Below the pieces are notes generated by a model that did no database searches, had not been told where the DNA came from, and saw nothing but the letters and a program-made list of their open reading frames with translations. 61,450 nucleotides of DNA from Candidatus Uhrbacteria bacterium RIFOXYB12_FULL_58_10 (GTDB taxonomy: Bacteria > Patescibacteriota > Patescibacteriia > UBA9934 > GWF2-40-263), in contig MGFA01000021.1 of NCBI GenBank assembly GCA_001791645.1, positions 1 to 61,450 on the forward strand, written 5' to 3'. Both the position numbers and the translations under genes were made by a program. The first letter of the stretch is position 1. Each line of letters begins with the position of its first letter. Shown piece after piece: positions 22,500 through 32,949 of this stretch.

Positions 22500-22892
22500 A
22501 TGAACACCTTTATTCCAGGCCCTCTCGCGGATACGGCGCGCAGTTTGTTGCGCAGGGCCGGATATGGCGAACATCGCGGCCGCGAGGCGCAACTTTCGTA
22601 CGTGAAGCGAATCCAAGGCACGTCGTTTCCGCGGTATCATGCCTACGTTGAGGATCGCAATGGCGGCATGCAGCTCAACCTGCACCTCGACCAGAAGGAA
22701 GCCACCTACGGGGGCAGCCATGCGCACAGCGGGGAATACGCGGGTCCGCTCGTGGAACGCGAAAACGCAAGAATCGTCGCGTTCGTGAAATCATTAGGAT
22801 CAACGCCGGAGCGCGCGCAAACGATTCACGAAACGGAACGCACGCCGTCCAAGAAACGCGGGGGATTTTTTAGTTGGCTTATCGGGGAATAA
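22500..22892 (+). CDS. Hypothetical protein, paralog of 20142-20543
   Basis: GYGEH, FPRYHAY, LNLHLDQ, HSGEY. Confidence 0.78.
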   Translation: MNTFIPGPLADTARSLLRRAGYGEHRGREAQLSYVKRIQGTSFPRYHAYVEDRNGGMQLNLHLDQKEATYGGSHAHSGEYAGPLVERENARIVAFVKSLGSTPERAQTIHETERTPSKKRGGFFSWLIGE

Positions 22893-23011
22893 CTATGACC
22901 AATGATTATTTGGCATTTCCCCTGAAGCTTGGGATCGATTTGGGTCGTGCCAAACGCATGGCTGGGCTCGTCGGGCAATTCCTTCCGTTTATCAAACCGT
23001 GATTTCCTCCT

Positions 23012-23965
23012 ATGCTCGTTAGCTTTCTCATGCTTGCCGGAGGATTCCTCCTTCTCTTGCGTGGCGCGCATTATCTGGTGCTTGGCGCGTCTTCGCTCGC
23101 GAGACGACTCGGGGTGAGCGCGCTCGTGGTCGGACTGACCGTGGTGGCGCTTGGTACGTCGATGCCGGAACTTGTCGTGAATTTGTTTTCCGCGGCGCGC
23201 GGATCAACGGACATCGCGGTGGGAAACGTGCTTGGAAGCAACATTGCGAACATCATGTTGATTCTTGGCCTCGCGGCGATCATCGCACCGATTACCGTGC
23301 AAAAGACCACGATCTGGAAGGAAATCCCTTTTTCCATTCTCGCGGTCACGCTCGTTTTCGTGATGGGGAACGACGTGTTGTTCGACGGGCGCATGCTTGA
23401 TGCGATTACGCGTATCGATGGGTTCGTCCTCCTCTCTTTTTTTGGGATCTTTCTCTATTATGTGTACGGGGTTAGCAAAAGGTCGGGCGAGCGCGGCGAT
23501 CCGGTCGGAGAGCTCACCATGCCGATGATCGCGCTGTATATCCTCGGAGGACTGGTTGCCCTTGGGATCGGAGGATCCATTGTCGTCGAGGGCGCGACGG
23601 GTTTCGCGCGGCTTGTCGGTCTTTCGGACCATGTGATTGCCATGACCATCGTTGCCATTGGGACCTCGTTGCCGGAGATGGCCACGTCGCTCGTTGCCGC
23701 GTACAAGAAGCACACGGACATCGCGATTGGAAATATCATCGGGTCGAACATTTTTAATGTATTCTTTGTGCTCGGGAGCAGCGCGCTTGTCCGTCCGCTT
23801 CCATTTGGCGAGTTTGCCTCGCGCGATGCCGCGATGGTGATATTCGCGTCCGTCTTCCTGTTTGTCAGTATGTTTATTGGGACGCGCCACCGATTTGATC
23901 GTTGGCAGGGCGTGGCGTTTGTGCTCACATATCTTCTGTACATCGGTTACATTTTGGTCGTCTGA
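23012..23965 (+). CDS. Calcium/sodium antiporter (YrbG family)
   Basis: Two alpha repeats: GTSMPE...GNVLGSN and GTSLPE...GNIIGSN. Confidence 0.93.
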   Translation: MLVSFLMLAGGFLLLLRGAHYLVLGASSLARRLGVSALVVGLTVVALGTSMPELVVNLFSAARGSTDIAVGNVLGSNIANIMLILGLAAIIAPITVQKTTIWKEIPFSILAVTLVFVMGNDVLFDGRMLDAITRIDGFVLLSFFGIFLYYVYGVSKRSGERGDPVGELTMPMIALYILGGLVALGIGGSIVVEGATGFARLVGLSDHVIAMTIVAIGTSLPEMATSLVAAYKKHTDIAIGNIIGSNIFNVFFVLGSSALVRPLPFGEFASRDAAMVIFASVFLFVSMFIGTRHRFDRWQGVAFVLTYLLYIGYILVV

Positions 23966-23966
23966 T

Positions 23967-26474
23967 ATGAATTTTGCCCGCGCATCGACTCGTACCACCG
24001 AGGATCTGTTCCGGGAACTGGGCGTTTCGTCGGATGGATTGGAAGCATTGCAGGCGGCCAGGCGCCTCGTGGAATCCGGACCGAACGAAATCGTGCGCGG
24101 CCGCGTGCGTTGGCATCGCATCTTGCTCCGCCAGTTTCGTTCGCCATTTTTGTATCTGCTGATTGTCGCCGCGTTGATCGCGTGGGCGCTCGGGGAAACG
24201 ATTGACGCCCTGATGATCGCCGGGTTCGTGTTGATAAATGCCGGGCTTGGGTTCGCGCAGGAATATCATTCCGAGCGTGCCGTGGAGCTCTTGCGCACGT
24301 TCGTTCGCGCGAAGGCGCGCGTGCGGCGGGCCGGAAAGGAAACGTGGGTGGAGAGCCGTGATTTGGTACCGGGCGACGTCGTGGTGGTCGAAACGGGCGA
24401 CATGATCCATGCGGACGTTCGATTCATTGGGGAGAACGATTTGGCCTTGGACGAATCCGTGCTCACGGGCGAATCCGCGCCCGTAAAAAAACAGGCGTCA
24501 GCACTCTCGTTTGAGGCAACCGAGCCGTATCAGGCAATAAACGTGGGGTTTGCCGGTACCACGGTGGTTTCAGGACATGGGGTCGGCGTGGTCATCGCGA
24601 CGGGTGTTCGCTCACAAATTGGAGAGCTGGCGAGGATGACTCGCGATACGGACGGCAAGAGTAACTTTGAAAAGAATGTCGGCTCGTTCAGCGCGTTCAT
24701 TCTACGCATTATTCTCATTACCCTTGCCGCGGTCTTCGTCGCGAATCTCGTGATCAAGGGAGATCATGCCAACGTTCCGGACCTCCTAATTTTTTCGATC
24801 GCGCTTGCCGTATCGGTTATCCCGGAGGCATTGCCGCTCGTGATGACGACCACGTTGTCGCGCGGCGCGCTGCGGCTTGCGAAGTAAAAAGTAGTTGTAA
24901 AGCGTCTATCCGCTATTGAGGACCTCGGGTCCATCGAGGTCCTGTGCACGGACAAGACGGGAACCCTGACGGAAAACAAGTTGGAAGTCGCGGACGTTTT
25001 CGGACATCGGCACGAATCCGTGCTGTTCGACGCGGCGGCCGGTTCCTCGTTTCTTGGCGAGCGTCGCGCGGGCCCGAACAACGCGTTTGACATCGCGATA
25101 TGGGATCGTCTCGCGGAATCCGACCGCAGGCGCGTCCAGTCGGCCGAAAGATCGCATGAAATTCCATTTGACCCGGCCAAGCGTTGGAACAGCGTCGTCG
25201 TTGACGGCCGCCTTGTCGTTCGCGGGTCGCCGGACGAGCTTGCCGCGTTGTGCGACGACGATTGCGGAGGCATGCGGGAATGGTCCGCCGAGCAGGGGAA
25301 GAAAGGTCGTCGCGTGCTTGCGGTTGCCGCGCGTACGGCTCAGGACGGCGATTGGCACGCGGAAGACGGCCCGTTGGCCATGGTCGGGGCGATTTCGTTC
25401 GTCGATCCGTTGAAGAAAACGGCGGCGCAGGCCATTGCGCATGCCAAACGTCTTGGCGTTGCCGTCAAAATTTTAACCGGTGACAGTCGGGAAGTTGCCG
25501 CGGCCGTGTCGCGCGAGGTCGGGCTCATCTCATCGAACATGGAAGTCATGACCGGAGAGGAATGGGAAGCGCTTCCGGAAGCCGATCGCGCAACGCAGGC
25601 GGAATCGCATTCCGTGTTCGCGCGCGTGTCGCCGCGCCAAAAGTACTTGATCATCCAGACATTGCAGGAGACCGGCGAGGTCGGATTTCTTGGGGAAGGA
25701 ATTAACGACGCGCCCGCCTTGAAAATCGCGTCCGTGGGAATCGTGGTCTCCGGCGCAAGTGACATCGCGCGCGAGGCCGCGGATATCGTGCTGTTGCAGC
25801 AATCGCTCGACGTTATCATTCGAGGCATCCGCGAAGGACGTTCTGTTTTTGCAAATACGGTTAAGTACGTGAAGGCCACGCTCGCCTCGAACTTTGGAAA
25901 CTTTCTCGCGGTTGCCACGGCGACATTGCTGGTAGACTATTTGCCGATGCTTCCGGTGCAGATTCTTCTTCTGAACCTTCTCTCCGACTTTCCCATGATC
26001 GCGATTGCCACGGACGCGGTTGACGCCGATGAGCTCAGACGGCCGCGGGTATATGATCTGCGCGATATTGTCTATTCGGCCACGGTGCTCGGCGTGGTCA
26101 GTACGGTGTTCGATTTTATTTTCTTCGGCCTATTCAGTCGGATTTCGCCCGAGGTCCTCCATACCAATTGGTTTATCGGCTCGATTCTTACCGAGCTCGT
26201 GCTCATCTTTTCCATTCGTACCCGGCTTCCTTTTTGGCGGGCGGTCCATCCGGCGCGCCCGTTGTTCTGGCTTTCCGCGGTCGCGGCCGTTGCTACCATT
26301 TGGATTCCATTCACGGCATTCGGCGAACGTGTCTTTCGTTTTATCTCGCCATCGTCTGTTGACGTGTGGCTCATCCTCGGGATCGTCGTCGTTTATTTCG
26401 TGGTCACGGAAATGGTAAAACTTGCCTCATACCGGCTGGCAAGCGGCCTTGCGAAAACCGCGCAAGACAGCTAA
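23967..26474 (+). pseudogene. P-type cation (Mg2+/H+-type) ATPase interrupted by one in-frame TAA at 24885-24887
   Basis: TGES, IPEALP, LAK*KVVVKRL, DKTGTLT, DP, TGD, GEGIND all in one frame. Confidence 0.85.
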
Positions 26475-26483
26475 AGTCCGACC

Positions 26484-28304
26484 ATGGACCCCAAGGAAGA
26501 AATCAAATCACGGGTGGATATCGCCGAGCTGGTCGGCGAGTATTTGCCGCTCAAGCCGGCCGGACCTTCGCGGTTCCGGGCGCTTTGTCCGTTTCATGCC
26601 GAAAAGACCCCGTCGTTCCATGTTTCCGCGGACAAGCAGATTTGGCATTGCTTCGGTTGCAATGAGGGAGGGGACTGCTTTTCGTTCGTGATGAAAATGG
26701 AAGGGATGGATTTTCCGGAGGCGCTCATGCATTTGGGAAAGAAGGTCGGGGTTGAGGTCGTTCGTTTTTCCGCGACCGAGACGAACGAGAAACGGCGTCT
26801 TCTGGAAGCGAACGACCTTGCCGCGCGTTATTATCGCAAGGTGTTGATGGAATCCGCAGTCGGTGTGAACGCGCGCGCTTATTTGGAGCGGCGGGGGATT
26901 CCGGATACGCTCGCGGAAACATTTGGTCTGGGATTCGCGCCGGACGCCTGGGACGCATTGACCGTATTTTTGAGCAAACGTGGATTTCAGCCGGTCGAGC
27001 AGGAGAAAGCCGGTCTTGTCCTTCGTCGAAAGGACGGAAGCGGCGTGTATGACCGGTTTCGAAATCGTCTGATGATCCCGCTTTGTGACGCGCATGGGAA
27101 CGTGATCGGTTTCACTGGCCGTGTCATGCCGCAGGAAGGGTCGCAAGCGTCAGAAGACGGGCCGAAATACATGAATTCGCCGGAGACGGAGATTTATCAC
27201 AAGGGAAGAACCTTGTATGGCCTGCATCTTGCGAAACAGGCGATCAAGCGCGAGGGGCGCGTGGTGATCGTCGAGGGAAATCTCGACGTAGTGGCCTCGC
27301 ACAAGGCAGGCGTGGAGAACGTGGTCGGATCGTCCGGCACGGCGCTTACCGAGGATCAGCTCGCGATCCTGAGACGCTTTACGACGACCATAGTCTTTTC
27401 CTTTGACGCGGACGCCGCCGGTTTTAAGGCGGCGCAGCGCGGCATTGCTCTCGCTCGGCGCAGTGGATTCGACGTGCGCGTGGCCGTGCTTCCGGCAGAT
27501 GCGGGGAAGGATCCGGACGAGGCCGTTCAGAACGATCCGGAATTGTGGCGCGTCGCGTGCGCCAAGACCGTGCCCATCATGCAATATTTTATCGATCGTG
27601 CGGCCGTGGGCCGTGATCTTTCCAGCGTAGATGATAAGCGCGCGGTTGCGGCGCTTCTTATTCCCGAGTTATCTCAAATCAAGGATGTCATCGAGCGGGA
27701 ACACTGGCTACAAACCGTCTCGGATTTGCTTCGCACGAATACGGATGTCCTGCGTGATGCCATAAATGGGACGCAGATGAGCGGTTCGGTTCGTCCGGAA
27801 CGAGCAGGTGTTGGCACGGCTCGAGTCCCCGCGTCCCGTGCCGCGTCGCCGACGACGCGCGACGAACAGGCCGTTCGATCGTTGCTTGGAATGCTCGTTC
27901 AGGTGCCGTCGGTTCGTGAAATGATTGTCCTGGCTTTGGAAGCCCGTTTGTTGCCTTCGGACCGCGTTTGGGCGCTTTACAACGACATGCGGGAGGAGTA
28001 TCATTCGAGCCAGTCAATGGACCAGGCACCCCACTCATATTTTGGCCGGCTTGAAGCCCGCTTGACGGGCCGGGACCACGAACGCTCCCTGCTGCACGAA
28101 ATCGTTTTGCACGGAGAAGAGATCGTCGCCCAATTGCCGCCCGAACGGGTCGCTGACCAGGTTCATGAGCTTCTTGATTCCCTTACCGCGTCCGACCATG
28201 ACCGCCGACGGAAGGCGATCGAGGCGGATATGCGCCGTGCCGAGCAGGCCGGAGACAAGGCAACCGTGGAAAAACTCATCCGTGAATTTAATGCGCTGCG
28301 ATAG
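26484..28304 (+). CDS. dnaG: DNA primase
   Basis: CPFH...CFGC Zn finger, FRNRLMIP, KYMNSPET, TOPRIM VEG/FDAD, KDPD. Confidence 0.97.
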   Translation: MDPKEEIKSRVDIAELVGEYLPLKPAGPSRFRALCPFHAEKTPSFHVSADKQIWHCFGCNEGGDCFSFVMKMEGMDFPEALMHLGKKVGVEVVRFSATETNEKRRLLEANDLAARYYRKVLMESAVGVNARAYLERRGIPDTLAETFGLGFAPDAWDALTVFLSKRGFQPVEQEKAGLVLRRKDGSGVYDRFRNRLMIPLCDAHGNVIGFTGRVMPQEGSQASEDGPKYMNSPETEIYHKGRTLYGLHLAKQAIKREGRVVIVEGNLDVVASHKAGVENVVGSSGTALTEDQLAILRRFTTTIVFSFDADAAGFKAAQRGIALARRSGFDVRVAVLPADAGKDPDEAVQNDPELWRVACAKTVPIMQYFIDRAAVGRDLSSVDDKRAVAALLIPELSQIKDVIEREHWLQTVSDLLRTNTDVLRDAINGTQMSGSVRPERAGVGTARVPASRAASPTTRDEQAVRSLLGMLVQVPSVREMIVLALEARLLPSDRVWALYNDMREEYHSSQSMDQAPHSYFGRLEARLTGRDHERSLLHEIVLHGEEIVAQLPPERVADQVHELLDSLTASDHDRRRKAIEADMRRAEQAGDKATVEKLIREFNALR

Positions 28305-28331
28305 GCAAGTATCGCTTTTTGGCGTTTACGT

Positions 28332-29630
28332 ATGGTCAAGACGAAAAAGAAACCAGGAAAGCAAACCAAGCCCGTAAAAAAGCTGGCGGCTTCCTCAGGA
28401 AAAAAGGTCAAGCCCGCAAAAAAGAGCGCGGTTGCCAACAAGGTGGCGAAACCGTCGAAGTCCGCGTCGTCGAAGTCCGCTTCGGCACGCAAACCGTCCC
28501 GCGCTCCTGCCGCTCCCAGGGCGCGATACGTGCGCATGCCTCCGCCCACGCCGGAAGCCATCGACCGGCTGATCCGGAAAGGACAGCAGCGCGGATTCGT
28601 CACGGAAAACGAGGTCCTCTTCGCCTTTCCGGACGTCGAGGATTATTTGGGCGATTTGCGTGAGTTTCTTGAACGGCTCGACCGCATTGGCGTTCACTTC
28701 ATCGAAATGAAGGAAGGAATCCTCGGGCGCGACAAGGAACGTACCGACGTATACGACAAGATCCGAAATACGCGCTCAACGCGAAAGACCAACGAAGTTC
28801 CGGAGTTGTCGCAGGATTCCATCCAAATGTATTTGCGCGAGATCGGAAAGATTCCGCTTTTGAACGGAGAGGAAGAAGTGGCGCTTGCCAAGCGCAAGGA
28901 ACGCAATGACAAGGAAGCGGAGCGGCGCATCATTGAGGCGAATTTGCGTCTCGTGGTGTCGATCGCCAAGAAGTTCGTTGGCAAGCAGCTGTCGCTTCTC
29001 GACCTGATCCAGGAAGGGAATATCGGCTTGTTCCGAGCCGTGAAAAAGTTTGAATATCGAAAGGGATACAAGTTCTCAACCTACGCGACATGGTGGATTC
29101 GACAGGCGATCACGCGTGCGCTTGCCGACCAGAGCCGCACCATTCGCATCCCGGTCCACATGGTGGAAACCATCAACCGGTTCATGCAGGTGGAGCGCCG
29201 CCTTATCCAGGACCTCGGCCGCGAGCCGTTGCCGGAGGAGATCGCGGCGGAAATGAACGAGCCGCTCGAAAAGGTCCAACACATCATCCGCATCTCGCAG
29301 GACACCGTGTCGCTCGAAACGTCCGTCGGCGACGACGACGAAGACTCGAAGCTCGAGGACTTCATCGAGGACATCAAGACCATTTCGCCTGACCGTGCCG
29401 CGGCCCGCGAGCTTCTGCGCGACTACGTGAACAACGCCATGAAGGACTTGAGCCCACGCGAGCAGAAGATCCTTGAGATGCGTTTCGGCCTTACGGACGG
29501 CGTGAGCCACACGCTCGAGGAAGTGGGCAAGGAATTCGATGTCACGCGCGAGCGTATTCGCCAAATCGAGGCAAAGGCCCTCGAAAAGATCCAGTCGCAC
29601 CCCATGATCGAGAAGCTGAGGGATTACTAG
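28332..29630 (+). CDS. rpoD: Primary RNA polymerase sigma factor
   Basis: [53 protein letters not shown]; follows dnaG. Confidence 0.97.
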   Translation: MVKTKKKPGKQTKPVKKLAASSGKKVKPAKKSAVANKVAKPSKSASSKSASARKPSRAPAAPRARYVRMPPPTPEAIDRLIRKGQQRGFVTENEVLFAFPDVEDYLGDLREFLERLDRIGVHFIEMKEGILGRDKERTDVYDKIRNTRSTRKTNEVPELSQDSIQMYLREIGKIPLLNGEEEVALAKRKERNDKEAERRIIEANLRLVVSIAKKFVGKQLSLLDLIQEGNIGLFRAVKKFEYRKGYKFSTYATWWIRQAITRALADQSRTIRIPVHMVETINRFMQVERRLIQDLGREPLPEEIAAEMNEPLEKVQHIIRISQDTVSLETSVGDDDEDSKLEDFIEDIKTISPDRAAARELLRDYVNNAMKDLSPREQKILEMRFGLTDGVSHTLEEVGKEFDVTRERIRQIEAKALEKIQSHPMIEKLRDY

Positions 29631-29667
29631 GAATTAAAAAAATGCCGTACGTTTTAGTCTCCATGCG

Positions 29668-29695
29668 AAAACGAGCTGGCGGGCCAGCTCGTTTT
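29668..29695. terminator. Bidirectional intrinsic terminator
   Basis: AAAACGAGCTGGC-GG-GCCAGCTCGTTTT between convergent genes. Confidence 0.8.
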
Positions 29696-29712
29696 GCGTT
29701 ACCAAACGGACT

Positions 29713-30858
29713 CTAGTCGTTCATCTTCCAAAGCCGCACGACGTCTGCGATGTCCTTTTCTGTAACGATCGGTCCGGTCTCGTCTGTGGAAGTTTTGTCA
29801 TGGGCCTTGAGTTGTTCAAGGTGACGCTTGAGCGCACGTTCGGCCTTCTCGATTTCGAGTTCGTCCGGGAACTCGTCATCGAGCGCATCAAGTTCAAGTA
29901 TAACCTCACTCAGACGCTTTGATTCCTTGGCGATACGCTCGGTAGAAGCCGCGGCCGCGGCCGGATCGCTCGAGAGACTCGCATGCGTATACCTTGCTTC
30001 GATTGATACCTTTGCACTTGCCTCGTCGATGAGATCAAGAGCTTTGTCAGGGAGGAAACGATCTTTGATTTTGGCGGAGAGGCGAATGGCCGAGCGGAGC
30101 GTCTCATCCGGGATTTGGACGCCGTGGAACTGCTCGTATGTTCCTTTGATACCGCGCAAGATCTCGAAGCTGTCGGCCTCGTTGGGCTCGCCCACGAAGA
30201 CCGGCTGGAAGCGCCTGTTCAGGGCGTCATCTGGTTTAATGAACTTTTCATATTCCTTCCAGGTCGTAGCACCGACGGCCTGCAGATCGCCTCGTGCCAG
30301 GGCGGGCTTCAGGATGTCCGATATGTTCATTGATCCTTCCGCGCCGGATGCCTCCTCAATCATGTGTATCTCGTCGATAAAGAGAATGACCTTCCTTCCC
30401 ATCGCCTCTATCTCAGAGGTCAGGCTCTTCATCCGTTGCTCGAATTCCCCTCGATATTTGGTTCCTGAGATGATACCGGTTAGGTCGAGGCAAAGGACTC
30501 TTTTTCCCGCGAGGGACTTTGGCACGTATCCTTTGTGGATGCGCCTGGCCAGTCCTTCGACGATTGCCGTCTTGCCCACTCCTGGCTCGCCAAGCAACAG
30601 GGGATTGTTCTTTCGGCGCCTGGAAAGGATGTGCACGACACGTTCGATTTCCTCCTCGCGGCCGATCACTGGGTCGAGGTTGTCCGTCTCGGCCTCATGG
30701 GTAAGATCGCGAGTGTATGTCTTTAAAATCGATTGTCCTCCCCCCATGCCGCGGAAAGATGAACCACCCCCCCTACGTTGCTTGGCAAGTAAGATGACAG
30801 CTCCAATAACTAACGCAATGCCGACGGAAGTGTATGGGTTGATTGATGAGAAATCCAT
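29713..30858 (-). CDS. ClpB/ClpC-type ATPase with only AAA+ module 1 and an N-terminal TM helix
   Basis: LDPVIGRE, GEPGVGKT, GTKYRGEFE, LFIDE, ALNRRFQ, RFLPDKALDLIDEA; stops at DIADVVRLW. Confidence 0.88.
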   Translation of the reverse strand: MDFSSINPYTSVGIALVIGAVILLAKQRRGGGSSFRGMGGGQSILKTYTRDLTHEAETDNLDPVIGREEEIERVVHILSRRRKNNPLLLGEPGVGKTAIVEGLARRIHKGYVPKSLAGKRVLCLDLTGIISGTKYRGEFEQRMKSLTSEIEAMGRKVILFIDEIHMIEEASGAEGSMNISDILKPALARGDLQAVGATTWKEYEKFIKPDDALNRRFQPVFVGEPNEADSFEILRGIKGTYEQFHGVQIPDETLRSAIRLSAKIKDRFLPDKALDLIDEASAKVSIEARYTHASLSSDPAAAAASTERIAKESKRLSEVILELDALDDEFPDELEIEKAERALKRHLEQLKAHDKTSTDETGPIVTEKDIADVVRLWKMND

Positions 30859-31033
30859 AGAAAAGTGAGTCAGCAACTGGATATTTGATAGATGATGACC
30901 AATCGGTCGAAGCTGATATTTAAAATAATCATATCATGCTTATTAATTTTGGGATAATTTGCAACGGAAATGATATCTTAGGTATATACTTTCGCAAAGG
31001 TCGAGGGAAGAAACATTAGGACGTATAAATCCT

Positions 31034-31669
31034 ATGGATAATGAGGAGGTGACGCTCATAGAACAATCCAAAACAAAACCCGATGCGTTCGGGCGGTTGT
31101 ACGATCGCTACTACCGACCCGTCTTCGGGTTTTTACTCTCGCGAACGCACAACGTTGAGGTCGCAAAGGATCTATGCAGCGAAACGTTCTTTCAGGCGCT
31201 GAAGAACATTCGCCGGTATGAGCCGCGCGGCAAGCCGTTCAAAAGTTGGTTGTTCGCCATTGCGGTCGCGCAACTTGGCACATATTTTAGAAGTCGAAAA
31301 CGCTATCTTCCTGTGGCCATCGATGAAGCGCCAGAGCTGGTGGCAAACGAAGATTATCGCCCTGACGTTGTCATGCTTGCGAGTGAGGATGACGCAGACA
31401 TGCGTCAACAAACGTATCGACTGCGAAAATATCTCAGGAAATTAAACCAAAAGCAACAGAATATCATCAGCATGCGGTTTTTCTCCAAGATGACCGTGCC
31501 TGAAATAGCTGCCACCGTAAAAATGAAGGAAGGGACGGTTAAGTCTCACATTCATCGGTCTCTTAAAAAACTACGGGTCCTAATGACCGAATCGACGGCC
31601 AACGACAGGTATGAACGAACTGACGCTCTCACAACTCGAACAGCTTTTGGAACGGATGGAGCCCGCTGA
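31034..31669 (+). CDS. ECF RNA polymerase sigma factor
   Basis: AFGRLYDRY, AKDL, FKSWLFAIA, EGTVKSHIHR. Confidence 0.92.
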   Translation: MDNEEVTLIEQSKTKPDAFGRLYDRYYRPVFGFLLSRTHNVEVAKDLCSETFFQALKNIRRYEPRGKPFKSWLFAIAVAQLGTYFRSRKRYLPVAIDEAPELVANEDYRPDVVMLASEDDADMRQQTYRLRKYLRKLNQKQQNIISMRFFSKMTVPEIAATVKMKEGTVKSHIHRSLKKLRVLMTESTANDRYERTDALTTRTAFGTDGAR

Positions 31670-31985
31670 GACGCCAGACGTTCCAGAACACCGATATGCG
31701 CTACGTCGAGCGCTGTTAAACTCGACATTATTTGAGCGTAATCGATTTTATGTTGTTTGGACGCGGTTTTTTCTTCAGACAACCTCCATCGTGGCCGGCG
31801 GGGCGGTTATCGCGGTTCTCGTGGTGAACGTGCTCACCGTGGAAATCGACCAGCAGACCCGTCGATCATCAGTGGCGGGTCGTGCGCCGGTGCCCATTGA
31901 GATCGTGTCATTTACGGAGAAACCGGAGGTGCGCCACGTGCTTGAATTCGCAAGTCCATCCATTCAGTTCGCAACAAGCCGTTAA
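31611..31985 (+). CDS. Putative single-TM anti-sigma factor
   Basis: Overlaps the ECF 3' end; HRYALRRALL helix followed by a hydrophobic segment. Confidence 0.6.
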   Translation: MNELTLSQLEQLLERMEPAETPDVPEHRYALRRALLNSTLFERNRFYVVWTRFFLQTTSIVAGGAVIAVLVVNVLTVEIDQQTRRSSVAGRAPVPIEIVSFTEKPEVRHVLEFASPSIQFATSR

Positions 31986-32274
31986 TTCAATCATCGTGCC
32001 TACCGACAAGTGGGCACGATGTTTATTTTTTCAAACGGTATGTTATGATAGATGTGCTCCACGAACGAACTGATTTGGGCTAAATTTGGTACTTGGGCTT
32101 GGTAATGTTCCTCTTCCCAGGAAGAGAACTGAGAGCCACGCGGTTAAGCCGATTCTGACTCGGGTTCCCGGTGAAAACTGGCAGCACGAACAGGAAACGC
32201 GTCCCGATAAGGGAATACCCGACTGCAAGAGGACCAAATCCAGTGCGTACGTGGAGTTTTCGTTTTATGTTCGT

Positions 32275-32949
32275 ATGATTCGACGTCTCATCCAAATTGC
32301 AGCCTGTTCTATCGTCGTGCCTGCCTTTTTTTGGGGCGGATGCCAATGGATCGTGCTTTCGATGGCAACGGGCGTTGTCGCGTATCCATCAGACAACATT
32401 GCGCACGCGCCAGTCGTAATTGTATTAGGCGCCAGCGTTTTGGCGAATGGACAGCCATCGGACATTCTTGCCGATCGTCTCACCGTTGCGGCAAACTTGT
32501 ATACGGCCGGTCTTGCGGATAAGGTTCTCGTATCCGGCGATAACGGACAGGACGGATACGACGAGGTAAACGCCATGCGCCGATATCTGCTCGCGGCTGG
32601 CGTTGCCGCGGAGGACCTATTTTTAGATCACGCGGGATTTGACACGTATGATTCGATGTATCGTGCCCGACACGTGTTCGGGGTTACGGACGCGATCGTC
32701 GTCACGCAGCAATATCATCTTTCCAGGGCGCTGTATCTGGCTGATGCGGTGGGCATGCATGCGCAGGGCGTTTCTTCCGATCTACAGCCATACGCAAAGC
32801 AGGCCTGGTTTTCCGCCCGGGAGTCATTGGCCCGGGTAAAGGCCGTTGTAAACGTATTATTCGGCGCGGAACCGACATATTTTGGCGAGCCAATCGATTT
32901 GGCAGGAGATGGCAGGACTACGTGGGACGAAGGTATTTCTTCCCCTTAA
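32275..32949 (+). CDS. SanA/YdcF-family protein
   Basis: IVLGA, LVSGDN, DHAGFDTYDS, VTQQYHLSRA, RE motifs. Confidence 0.9.
   Translation: MIRRLIQIAACSIVVPAFFWGGCQWIVLSMATGVVAYPSDNIAHAPVVIVLGASVLANGQPSDILADRLTVAANLYTAGLADKVLVSGDNGQDGYDEVNAMRRYLLAAGVAAEDLFLDHAGFDTYDSMYRARHVFGVTDAIVVTQQYHLSRALYLADAVGMHAQGVSSDLQPYAKQAWFSARESLARVKAVVNVLFGAEPTYFGEPIDLAGDGRTTWDEGISSP

Noticed and set aside
24885-24887. Genetic-code reassignment explaining the ATPase stop
   Set aside because: TAA, TAG and TGA all terminate conserved genes in this window.
28332-28530. Lys/Ala/Ser-rich N-terminal extension of RpoD
   Set aside because: Low-complexity extensions are common on primary sigma factors.
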